From positions 91,884,001 through 91,948,000 of the forward strand of contig NC_043001.1 of NCBI RefSeq assembly GCF_006345805.1: 64,000 nucleotides of DNA. Reading direction: 5' to 3'. Origin of the DNA: Octopus sinensis (taxonomy: Eukaryota). The position numbers and the translations under genes are program-made. The stretch's first letter is position 1. The number at the start of each line of letters is the position of its first letter. This document shows positions 1 to 12,007 of this stretch, piece after piece. The notes under the pieces were generated by a model, which saw only the letters and a program-made list of their open reading frames with translations, did not search any database and had not been told where the DNA came from.

Positions 1-61
1 AGTTCATAAACTAGCTAAACAACCAAAATTATAGATACATACGTACATAGTCTGTGTGTAC

Positions 62-106
<45 letters not shown>

Positions 107-120
107 TACATATATATATA

Positions 121-176
<56 letters not shown>

Positions 177-834
177 TATATATATATACATGTGTGTGTG
201 TGTATAAACAATAAATGCACAGTAAAACACGCATGCAACAAGTTAAATGTTATTTCCTTTCAAGTTGTCATTTAAGAGGAAAAAAAAGAAATTAATGAAT
301 AATTTTTTTAATTTTTCATTTTAAATTTGTCTCTTCAAATTTTAATTGTTGCAAAAAGAAGTTCGTTACAACTTTTTTCATTTGTTTTTGTTTTTGTTTT
401 TGTTGCATTCATGTAAGTTTGTTTTTGAGAATAATTTTTTTTTCTCTCTTTTTTTTGTATTCTTTTTTTTTTAAATTTAAAAAAAAAAAAAAACCGTTTT
501 ATTGTATGACTTGGAATGAAGACGAAATATAGGGTCTGAAAGTGTGTGAAGGTCACCCGTATGAATGGAATGGAAGTGGGCTCTCAGAGCTTAACCGTGC
601 ATTACAGATACAGAGACATAGGGTGGTGTATGTGTATGTGTGTGTGGTGTGGGGGGGGGTCTAGGTTTCTTCATGACATACAGGAGGAGGGAATATGTTG
701 TCTGCGGCAGCAGAGACGGTGGTAATAGTGTGGGGGAGGGGAACCGGTGGTTGCAAGGCTGGTAGTTTATACACATTAACAAGTTTGTTATAAGGTTAGA
801 AATGAAATGGTGTGTAATGTTATATATATATATG

Positions 835-922
<88 letters not shown>

Positions 923-1104
923 ATATATATAAGTAGTGGTTGAAAAATGACAGCGCTGATTGAGGGAGAAGGGAGAGAAAGTGAGAACGATAATTATGTT
1001 AGAGGGAGGTTAGTTGAACGAGAGCGAATGAGTAATGTATAAAGGTGGCTTGGAGAGAGAAGTAAAGGGTAGAAAATATACACATTGACTAAAAGAAGCA
1101 ACTG

Positions 1105-1146
<42 letters not shown>

Positions 1147-1644
1147 AATCAGCATACTTGACTATATATATATATATATAATATTATATATATATATTAT
1201 ATAATAGTATGTATATATATGTATGTATATGCTCACATATGCACATCTAGTTTTTTTCTCAAGAATAATTTGCGTAATTAAAAAAAAGCATAGAATTAAG
1301 GGAAGTAACTCAAAGAGTCACTGGCATGAGTTTACCTAATTCCAAAATCATTTATGGAAATCATGCCTTGTCCAAAAGTATTATGTAAAAAATAAAAAAA
1401 TACGTATTCGCTGACATGCTGATGAGGTCAGCTGGGCGGAAACATATCCATAGTTGTCCTTGACAATTTAAATGGAAGTGGATGAGCTCCAGTGTAAGAC
1501 AAATTTGCCGTTCTGGTTGTGGCTCTTATAAGTGAACACATTTAATTCCGTCCGCTATCATGAAACGATAGGGTTATATATATATATATATATGTTAAAA
1601 ATACCAGCGATTATAATTATTTTTATTTTATCGCAATTTGATTT

Positions 1645-1647
<3 letters not shown>

Positions 1648-1694
<47 letters not shown>

Positions 1695-1700
1695 ATAGAT

Positions 1701-1753
<53 letters not shown>

Positions 1754-1827
1754 AGATATAGATAGATGATAGATAGATAGATGATAGATAGATAGATAGA
1801 TAGATATAGATAGATAGATAGATAGAT

Positions 1828-1858
<31 letters not shown>

Positions 1859-1909
1859 TAATATATATATATATATTATAGATAGATAGATCGATAGATA
1901 GATAGATAT

Positions 1910-1984
<75 letters not shown>
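1648..1984. repeat. (TA)n plus (TAGA)n compound microsatellite
   Basis: Read directly. Confidence 0.95.
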
Positions 1985-1985
<1 letters not shown>

Positions 1986-2099
1986 GCGCTCACACAGCAT
2001 TAACATTACAGAACATATATTGATAGGAGAAGTCAATGCTGAGAATCGAACCAAATTTATTATCAAATTTATGTTGACTGGAATTTTAAGCTTCGCCTT

Positions 2100-2363
2100 C
2101 GACCAAATTGACTAAGTTCTCAAGCGAAACTTCAACGCGAATTATGTGCGTGCGTGTGTGTGACCACGTCTCTCAAAATCATCGCAGCAAACTGTTGCTC
2201 TCTCGTTTAGAGCGAGAACGAGAGCAACAGTTTGTTGCTGTAGCTGTGTATGTGTGTGTGTGTGTGGACGAACTTCCAAACAGACTTACATACAACATGC
2301 TGAGTGACATCTGAAAATAATTACGAAAAGAGAGAAAACAGAAATCCGAGAGTGGTGGAATAG
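2100..2363 (+). promoter_or_regulatory. Candidate promoter / non-coding first exon of the ETS gene
   Basis: SINE-free, CpG-containing unique stretch ending in a good donor (AATAG|GTGAGC, GT at 2364). An in-frame TAA at 2318 precedes the donor, so the exon would be 5'UTR if spliced to 11687. No transcript evidence. Confidence 0.3.
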
Positions 2364-3097
2364 GTGAGCGAGTTGGTGATGGTAAATTAATGAGTGACTT
2401 ATTGAATGAAACTAGAGGTTTATGGGGCGAGTATATGGCTGAACGATTAAGTCTGAGTGAGTGTGAGTGGAGGTTTAAGGGGCGAATCAGTTGGGATTCA
2501 GTTTAAATAGCAGAAGTGCAACTTGGATGGTGAAACATTTTTAGTTAGTGAATGAGTGAAAGAGATCACAAGAGACGTAAAAAATGAGTGATCGGTTCAG
2601 TGATTAAATAGTTGTGTGTGTGTGGTGAGTGACTCAAAAAAGTGTGATTAAAAAGCTGTGTAGATGAGTAAAGGAGAAATTCTGAGTTGGTGAAGCTGCA
2701 GTTAAAATCCAGACCAGCCCTTATTTTAAAAACCTGTGATCAAATTCATTCCAGTCATGACCATCCACACTTACTGTATCGAGGACGAAATTATGTAATG
2801 TATCCTTATTGTTCACACAGTTAGAGTACAGTTTGAATAAGATTAGTTCCTTTCTCTGGTACTTCAAGCGACCTAATTGAGTCGAGGTGAAGAAAGTAGG
2901 TGGTTTTGAGCGAAATTAGTGGGGGTGTTGTGGTGTGGTTCATTGCGTTCAAGAGTTATGTTGTGTGTGAAAGTGCGAAAGCATTTGGGTGAGCCACTGT
3001 TTGACTGGATAGTTGAGTGATTCATTGAACGAGTGGCTGCGTGAGTTTGTTGAGTGGGTACTGTCAATGGTAGGGAGTTGCCAGTAAGACTAGGAAC

Positions 3098-3128
<31 letters not shown>

Positions 3129-3682
3129 GAAGTGACAATCAGAAAGAAAACGAACCTGAGAGTTTCGTTATATAAAATGAAGGACATAAAATGATTTAAC
3201 GGCATTAATGTATGAAAGATTATTCATCCATTCCTTAAAGCCTGTAGACTGTGGTTTATGGGAAGTTTAGCTGCTATATCTCGCTTGTAGAGGCATTTCG
3301 TTGTGGCTTTCGGCGATGCTCTCTTTCCCCCGACAAAAATCAAGTTGTTCGTACTTTTGAGAAACAATAATACGACGGCCTTAAGAGAAACTAAACCCAG
3401 CTAAAATGGTGAAGAACCAAAGTGTAAGAGGCAAATATGTAATGTATTGGTGATGCATGAAACCTTAGTTGTAAATACAAGAACACGCACAACTGGAACC
3501 GGTTCAGATGTTCATGCTTTGACACCGCCATCATAAAAGCGCACACACTGTAATCTGTCATAAATACCAGTAAAACTACAAGCTGATTACGACTGGAATA
3601 GCTTTGATCACAATTTGACCGCACTCTCTCTAGCTGTAACCATCATCTCTTAATTTCTGGCATAATATATCAAAAACTGAAA

Positions 3683-4088
3683 GGCGGCGAGCTGGCAGAA
3701 ACGTTAGCACGCCGGGCGAAATGCTTAGCAGTATTTCGTCTGCCGCTACATTCTGAGTTCAAATTCCGCCGAGGTCGACTTTGCCTTTCATCCTTTCGGA
3801 GTCGATAAATTAAGTACCAGTTACGCACTGGGGTCGATGTAATCAACTTAATCCGTCTGTCTGACTTTGTTTGTCCTCTCTGTGTTTAGCCCCTTGTGGG
3901 AAGTAAAGAAATAGGTATTTCGTCTGTCTTTACGTTCTGAGTTCAAATTCCACCGAGGTCGACTTTGCCTTTCATCCTTTCGGGGTCGATAAATTAAATA
4001 CCAGTTACACACTGGGGGGCGGGCGATATAATCAACTGGCCCTACTCCCCCAAAATTTTGGACCTTGTGCCTAGAGTAAGTAGAAAAG
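3683..4088 (+). mobile_element. SINE family A, dimeric form
   Basis: tRNA-like head GGCGGCGAGCTGGCAGAAACGTTAGC, B-box GAGTTCAAATTCC, GTCGACTTTGCCTTTCATCCTTTCGG body; internal 184-bp period. Confidence 0.85.
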
Positions 4089-5254
4089 AATTTATCTAAA
4101 ACTGAGCCATCTTGTATATGCGATCATTTTTAGACGATACGGTATGAATTGAGGGATATTTAGCTGCTGTATCTTGTTGATCGAACGATTACATAAAAGC
4201 TGTGGTTTAAGCATACCCAAAGTTTATGAATCTATTTTGCCGACCCCTTTACGGTCACAGGTGCTTGATTAGGGCTGACCTAGGGCTGGAGAAGAAAAAC
4301 ACATCCCTAGCTACGACTGTCACACAGGAGCTAATGTAAGGAGAAAAGTGGGGGGGTGTATATGGTCGTTCACTCTGCTGGAAATACAAGCCAAATCTCT
4401 TTTAGATCACACTTTACTGTCTTAGAAAAAAGAAAAAAAAAGGACACGTTAGATTCCTTGTAGACAGACTAAAGAAATGAAAGATGTGATGGTCACAGCT
4501 TGATTGAATTTTCTCATAATGACCTGGGGTTGAATTACAGTAACAGCCTCAACATTCACACTATGAACTTTCTATAATTACCATCATAATCATTCAAATC
4601 ACCGTGTACATCACCGCCACCACCACCACCACCACCACCACCAACAAATCTTTTTGTTATGCAACTTTTATTTTCGATGATTTTTGCTTTTGATTTATTG
4701 TAAGCCTGCTTTATGTATTTAATATATCGTCCTTTGATTATTGTGCCCCTTGTTGGCAATAAAAGAAATGATGTTAAAAAAAAAACAAAAAACAGATTGC
4801 GGCGCGCTGGCAGAAATCATTAAATGCATTGGACAAAATGTTTAGCATCATTTCTTCTGGCTCTTTACGTTCTGAGTTCAAATTTCGCCGAGGTCGACTC
4901 TGTCTTTCATCCTTTCAGGGTCGGTAAAATAAGTACCAGTGAAACACTCAGTCTTATGTAATCGACTAGTCCCTTTGCACCAAATTTCAGGCCTTGTGCC
5001 TTCTTCAGTAGAAAGGATTATTATTATTATTAGTAGTAGAATTAGTATTATTGGTGTTGTTGTTATGCTCTCTCTACGCCTTCCTCTCTTCCCTTCAATC
5101 CAATATATTAGCTCCTCTTTGCAAGGCGAAAAACAGCGAAGAATAAACAAGATTTAAAAAGCCAAAAAGACTTCTCAGAGCGACCTTACTACTACGGCTG
5201 TAAAATTATTGTAACAGCAAGAATAACAGTGGGAACTGCAACAAGTGTATATAT

Positions 5255-5314
<60 letters not shown>

Positions 5315-5997
5315 CATACATGTGTGTGGGTATGTATGTATGTGTCTGTGAATATGTATTTACGTTCACACACAACAATGTTAAAATTAAGAAAGATAGA
5401 ACGGGTGGGAGGGATATAAATGCCGCCAAATGTTTCTGTGTTTGTTGTGTTTAACTTAGAGCAGTGTTGATGAAGGGGTATGTATGTAAGTATGCATGTA
5501 TGTATGTGTGTGTGTGAAGATTTTTTTTAAGGGGCACAGGAATAAATGACAGTGAGGTGGATGGTGGCCGTGGTGCTGGTAGTGGTGGCAGGTGGGTGTC
5601 GCTGCTGTTTCTGGGTGCTAGTCGTTGATGCTATATGTGGTACGGTGGTTTATTATATATGATGGTGATGGAGTTACCCACGAATGAGTGTTATCGTGGT
5701 GATGACGGCGATGGTGGTTGGTAGTAGCGTGATAGTAGGTGATGCGGTGGGTATGGGATTTATTTTTTAAGTAAGGGTGCCAAAAGAAAAATGAAAGAAA
5801 AATAAAAAATTTAAAAAATGGAGAAAAAAAAGAGGGCCGGACGGAGTGGTGAGGTCTGTGAATGAGAGAAAGGGAGGATATACAGACACACTGAAAGAAG
5901 TGACGTGGTGGTGGAACTAAAAACGAATATGATTTTCCTTTATTTTTCTGGTAATCTTTAGATTTGATTGGTTGTGAACTTAAAACTTTCACCAAAG

Positions 5998-6122
<125 letters not shown>

Positions 6123-6138
6123 GTGTGTGTGTGTGTAT

Positions 6139-6313
6139 GAGTGTCTGTGTGGTAAGGAGCTTGCTTCCCAAACACATGATTCCGGGGTTCAGTCCCACTG
6201 CGTGGCACCTTTGACAAGTGTCTTCTATTACAAACCTCGGTCCGACCAAAGTCCTTGTGAGTGGATTTGGTAAAAGGAAACTGAAACAAGTCCGTCGTAT
6301 ATATATATATATA

Positions 6314-6344
<31 letters not shown>

Positions 6345-6369
6345 GTAGGTCCCGGTTGATTCGGATATA

Positions 6370-6437
<68 letters not shown>

Positions 6438-6493
6438 TCGACTAAAGGCGGTGCTCCAGCATGGCCGCAGTCAAATGACAAACAAGTAAAAGG
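6139..6493 (+). mobile_element. SINE family B (internal TA tract, partly deleted)
   Basis: GGCTGTGTGGTAAG head, GCACCTTGGGCAAGTG body, CGGTGCTCCAGCATGGCCGCAGTC tail. Confidence 0.75.
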
Positions 6494-7669
6494 ATATATA
6501 TATATTCTTTTAGTCGTTTAACGCCATCACCACCATCTCCATTGGCGTCACTTCCGGATATCGTCATAATCCCCTTCAGTATCACATCACTACCACCATC
6601 ATCATTGTCATTGTTGATTATCCCTAGGACTGAGCAGATTTGTGATCAGACATTCCATCCATGACCGTAGCGTCTTGTACCCAGCGCAACCTCCCCTTTT
6701 CCTTTAATTACTTCGCCTGCTATTTTTAGTTGTCCTTCCACCCGACTCACACCACCGTCATTACTTCATTACGGGTGCATTATGAGAGTCATGAAGGGCG
6801 TCGGAGAAAATATCTTGTGGTGTTTCGTTGCGACCCCACCCTTTCACGTTCTAAGTTCAAACCCCGCCGGGAATCAACTTTGACTTCCAATCCTTTAAGG
6901 GTCGAGAAAGTATTTTACGTAAAACATCCTTGGTGTGAATGGGATTTACGATAGAAGACAGGGACTGATACCACCACCACCATCATCATCATCATCATCT
7001 TTGTCACCAATGCGCCATTTCGTCTGTCTTTGTGTTCTGAGTTCACATTCCGCCGAGGTCGACTTTCATCTTTTCAGGGTCGATAAAATTTGGGGGTCGA
7101 TGTAATCGACTTACCCCTGAAATTGCTGGTTTTCTGTCAAAATTTGAAACCGATATTAATGTTAATCATAAAAAAAAAAAAAGAACTATAACCGCAGGGT
7201 CGATGAATGAATGGCATAAGTGGAGCGGGGTGGCGGGCTTGTACTTACCATTGATGTTACGGGTGGAATCTTAGTAGCAATAGTAACACGGTGGGGAAGG
7301 CGAATTTTTATGTTACAAGTTGAGATGGTGATGTTGGTGTACCCCGCTTCCTTTCTTATTTTTCTTTTTTTGCCTTTGAGTCGGGGAGGAAGCTGGTGTG
7401 GGGCGTTTTGGCAGTGGTTCTTTGTAGGGTTTGGTGGGTGAAACCTGTTTCCTCCACCCCCACTTCTTCCAGTTCCTTTAGATGGCGAAGACAGAAATAC
7501 AATAAAATAACACAAAGACGACCCGTGTTTTTTTTTTTTTTTGCTTTTTCTTTTTTAATTTCATTCAAGTAATTTGTTCGGTTGAGGTCAGAAATGGTGA
7601 GTGATATGGTGAATGTTATTTTTGACATTCTTAGATATACAATTTGTGCGAGTAACGCACACATAAATG

Positions 7670-7700
<31 letters not shown>

Positions 7701-8188
7701 GCGTACAGTCATTCACGATGGCAATGGCTTAGTTATCACCAGAATTAGGGTGAAAATCTACCCTTAAAACCCAGCATCAAGCTACAAACAGACTTGCCAT
7801 TGTATAAACTCACAACATTGATAGCAGTTTGCTTTTCTGGTAATTTCTAGCGACATGTTTGAGACTAGGTGCTCTCTCTCTCACTCTCTCTCTCACACAC
7901 ACACACACATTAACAGATATCATTGCTTTTTTTCTTCTATCTCCTGTTTTCTGTGTGTAATTATTGTGTTCATTTTCTCAGTAGTGATAAAAAAAAAAGA
8001 AGAAAAACCGCTAATGTTTAGGCGCCAGGTCGGCCTTGATCGGATTTGACTTAAAACTATGATCAAAGCGTTTCATTCGTGGCCATTCCATTACCATTAT
8101 TATTATTATTATTATTTGTCATACCATGTGCGTGTGTATATGTATTTGTAATGTGTGTTGTGAGCACATGCATTTGTTTTTTCATATA

Positions 8189-8604
8189 GGCGCAGGAGTG
8201 GCTGTGTGGTAAGTAGCTTGCTTACCAAACACATGGTTCCGGGTTCAGCCCCACTGCGTGGCACCTTGGGCAAGTGTCTTCTACTATAGCCTCGGGCCAA
8301 CCAAAGCCTTGTGAGTAGATTTGGGAGACGGAAACTGAAAGAAGCCCGTCGTATATATGTATATGTATGTGTGTGTTTGTGTGTCTGTGTTTGTCCCCCC
8401 CCACCCCACACACACATCGCTTGACAACCGATGCTGATGTGTTTACGTCCCCGTAACTTAGCGGTTCGGCAAAAGAGGGACCGATAGAATAAGTACTAGG
8501 CTTACAAAAGAATAAGTCCTGGGGTCGATTTGCTCGACTAAAGACGACGGTGCTCCAGCATGGCCACAGTCAATTGGCTGAAACAAGTAAAAGAGTAAAG
8601 AGTA
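8189..8604 (+). mobile_element. SINE family B, full length
   Basis: GGCGCAGGAGTGGCTGTGTGGTAAG ... GAAACAAGTAAAAGAGTAAAGAGTA. Confidence 0.85.
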
Positions 8605-9339
8605 ATATTGCACTCCAATCCTGTCTATAAACTTGATGCAAGTAAGCTCTTCGTTTTAGTGATCGCAGTCGGTACAATAGGGGGGGGGGAAAGCGAGATA
8701 AATTGTCTTTACGTCTGGCCAATGTGTGTGTGTTTATATTTGTATGCCAACTTCAACTGGTTGTCACCTTCATTCGGGATGCCCTATCTTTCAGTCCAAT
8801 TAGCAATGCTTTTCCACCACTATGCTTTGTTAACATCTGCCAGACACTTGTAACAGCATCTTCTGCCCTCCCTCTCTGGTTCTTTCTCATTCTTTTAGCT
8901 TTCCCCTTCCTCTGTCATACTTTTTTTTTTTAAATGCCTCCACACAGTAACTTTCTCCATACTCATTCTCTCTCCTTCCCTCCCCCTCCTTCCGTCCCTC
9001 TCTCGCTCTCTTTCTGTCTCTCTCTCTACTTTTCATCTCTTCTATGTTTTATTCGAAACACTCATATTTCTCTCTTAACTTCATACAGAGTGTTATAATT
9101 TCCTTCACAACACAATACAAAGCCACTGTGTTGTGTGTGTGTGTGTGTGTGTGTGTACTTGTGTCTATTAATGTGTGTGTGCGGCGGATATGAATAGTCA
9201 CACACGTATATAAGTACTTGTATTAACAGGTTGATCCATAGTTGCGTTGCTTGAAGTTTCGCGTATTAAAAAGCCATATCTGATCGTTCAGACGATTAAT
9301 ATTGAGTACTGAGCATTCAAATGATATAAAACTACACAA

Positions 9340-9424
<85 letters not shown>

Positions 9425-9517
9425 CTATCTATCTATCTATCTATCTATATCTATCTATCTATCTATCTATATATATCTCTGTCTGTCTGTAGTTATGTGT
9501 GTGTATATATATATGTA

Positions 9518-9606
<89 letters not shown>

Positions 9607-9654
9607 TATATATATATATATATATATATGTAGGTATATATATGTATATGTAGG

Positions 9655-9736
<82 letters not shown>

Positions 9737-9750
9737 GTAAATATATGTGT
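9340..9750. repeat. (TATC)n plus (TA)n compound microsatellite
   Basis: Read directly. Confidence 0.95.
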
Positions 9751-10161
9751 GTATGTGTATATTACACCACTTTTGTATGTATGTGTGTATATATGTGTAT
9801 GTTTCTCAGTTTCATTCCCTCCCACACTGACATTTCAATACATTCATTCATTCATTCTTCTCAGCCCTTCTTTCATTCACTAATTTTACTCGTTTCTCTC
9901 TTTCCCCACTATTTTCATTCATATTGTATTTCATTCATTCTACATGTCTAACTTACATTCCTCCCACCACCATGATCGTCACTGCCATCACCACCACCAC
10001 CATCACAACCACCCTATCATCATCATCATCGCTCTTATCCTCTCTGCCTTTCACTATCAATTCCTTTTCTCTCTTTTCTGTTCTAGTTTGCCTAAATACA
10101 TTAACTCTGTCTCTATCATACACTATCTTACTTAACGCTCTCTCTCTCTGTACATGGACAG

Positions 10162-10195
<34 letters not shown>

Positions 10196-11686
10196 ATATA
10201 TATATATATCTATATATATATCTGTCTCTATTCTTTGTTCATGTTTTTCTAAATATTTTTTTCTTTTCTTAAATAACCCCCACCCTCACCCCTTTCCCAT
10301 CCACCTCAACTCACAGAGTCTCCAAACTGAAGTAAACTAAACATGTAAATAGAACCCAGTTCTGATCTCTAACCTCAGCTGATGTGAAGACAAATGTTTG
10401 AAAGTCAGCAAACAGTAGACATTCTGATAGCAGAGAGAGAGAGAGAGAACAAAAATACAAAAATAAATAAATGAAATAAAAACAAGCAAGTTCACTCCCA
10501 CCCTCTTTTGTTTCATCTTTTCCTCTTCTTGCTATTAATTTCTTTCTAACCATCACTGACTGGTTAAACATTCAACTTTTCCAAACGTCACATAATGTGT
10601 GTGTGTGTGTGTGTTATACTGCAATATTTGAATCACATCGTCACATATGTATGTAGTATATATGCATATATGAATGTGTGTGTGTGCATGCATGTTTATA
10701 TAGGATAAAGGAGTATATGTTTATATATTCGTGCATATAATGATCAAAAGAATATCATATAAAATATAATACATCATCATTATCATCATCATCGTTTAAC
10801 GTCCGTTTTCCATGCTAGCATGGGTTGGACGGTTCGACCGGGGTCTGGGAAGCCAGGTGGCTGCACCAGGCTCCAGTCTGATCTGGCAGTGTAAATATAA
10901 TATACATATAATTAATTATATAGACTATTTAAAATGGTGTATAAATAATATATTATTTTATATTATATATTGTATGGTTCATACCATATTCATATATTTA
11001 TTACAATAGAATTACTGTCAATCCACTCCCTCTTCTCATTTTCTCTGAGTTACAAGAAGTATTCTTTCTTATCCACTGACTTAAATGTTTCAACAGTATT
11101 CACAAAATCTAACCTGTTCACATTTTGGTCATTAGTCCATCTGTCATATAATGCTGACCACATCCTGTTTCTATTCTGGCTAACTTACATATAGATCCTG
11201 ATTGATTTGTGAGGAGAATATTGCTTATATCACATGCAATCAAGACTGTGTGTTTGTCTAATCATACAATGAAACAAAAATAAGTTTATGCTGTTAAATA
11301 GTTGGCAAGCTCAGTAGAGAATACACTGGTTTCTGAAATCCCATTATACATTCTGTAAACTGGTTGATGATAGTCAGGAACATCTAGCTGATGGCAAGAG
11401 AAACTATGTCAAAAGTCACATGAGCATCAGTTTATGAGAGTAGCCGCGCTCAATAGGAGGTGACTAAGACTTTGATGGCTCCATCCAATCCCTACCAGTG
11501 GGGAAACCAGATGTGGTGATGATGCTGATGATGATAATAGTGATGGTGGTGGTGATTATTCTGTTCTCAACAAATATGTAATTTCTATTTATTTCTAAAT
11601 GTATTTATTTGTCGTTTATATGTATATTTTTATCTTTTTACCTTTTATTTATCTATTTATTTATTTATTTTTTCATGAATTTCCAG

Positions 11687-12007
11687 AGAAAAAATTCTTT
11701 GACAAAGTCCTTGGTCTTCGCAGCAGTGTAAGTGATGAGGCTGGAATAGAATCCATGGACCTGCATCATTTTGAAGATGACCAAACAGTTCCTTCTAAAC
11801 TGACTGAGCTTCCATACTCTCTAATGGCTTCTCCGGGCAGTGCTTTCCATATAGAAACTGCTGACCACTGCCTAGAACTACCTCGGGCTCCACCTCCCAG
11901 CTATGAGGAACATAAAATCATTTCTAAATTTCATCACCAAGAACTCTCTCATGAAGATCAGGCAGCACGCTGGGAAGATATTCAAGATATAATTAGAAGG
12001 GAATCAT
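11687..12007 (+). CDS. ETS gene exon A (321 nt; likely start MDLHHFEDD at 11755)
   Basis: Acceptor TTTCCAG|, donor T|GTGAGT. Encodes MDLHHFEDDQTVPSK...PRAPPPSYEEH...RWEDIQDIIRRES. ATG context TCCATGG. Confidence 0.8.

Noticed and set aside
1415-1452. CTGATGA...GAAA hammerhead-like string
   Set aside because: Stem II is poor, stem III is non-palindromic and stem I is only 3 bp; compatible with chance.
8222-8417. Recurring ORFs such as [19 protein letters not shown] and GRLCLSSFRG
   Set aside because: Incidental translations of SINE families B and A.
11728-11733. Internal GTAAGT donor in exon A
   Set aside because: It would give a 41-nt frame-shifting exon upstream of the likely ATG; no supporting evidence.
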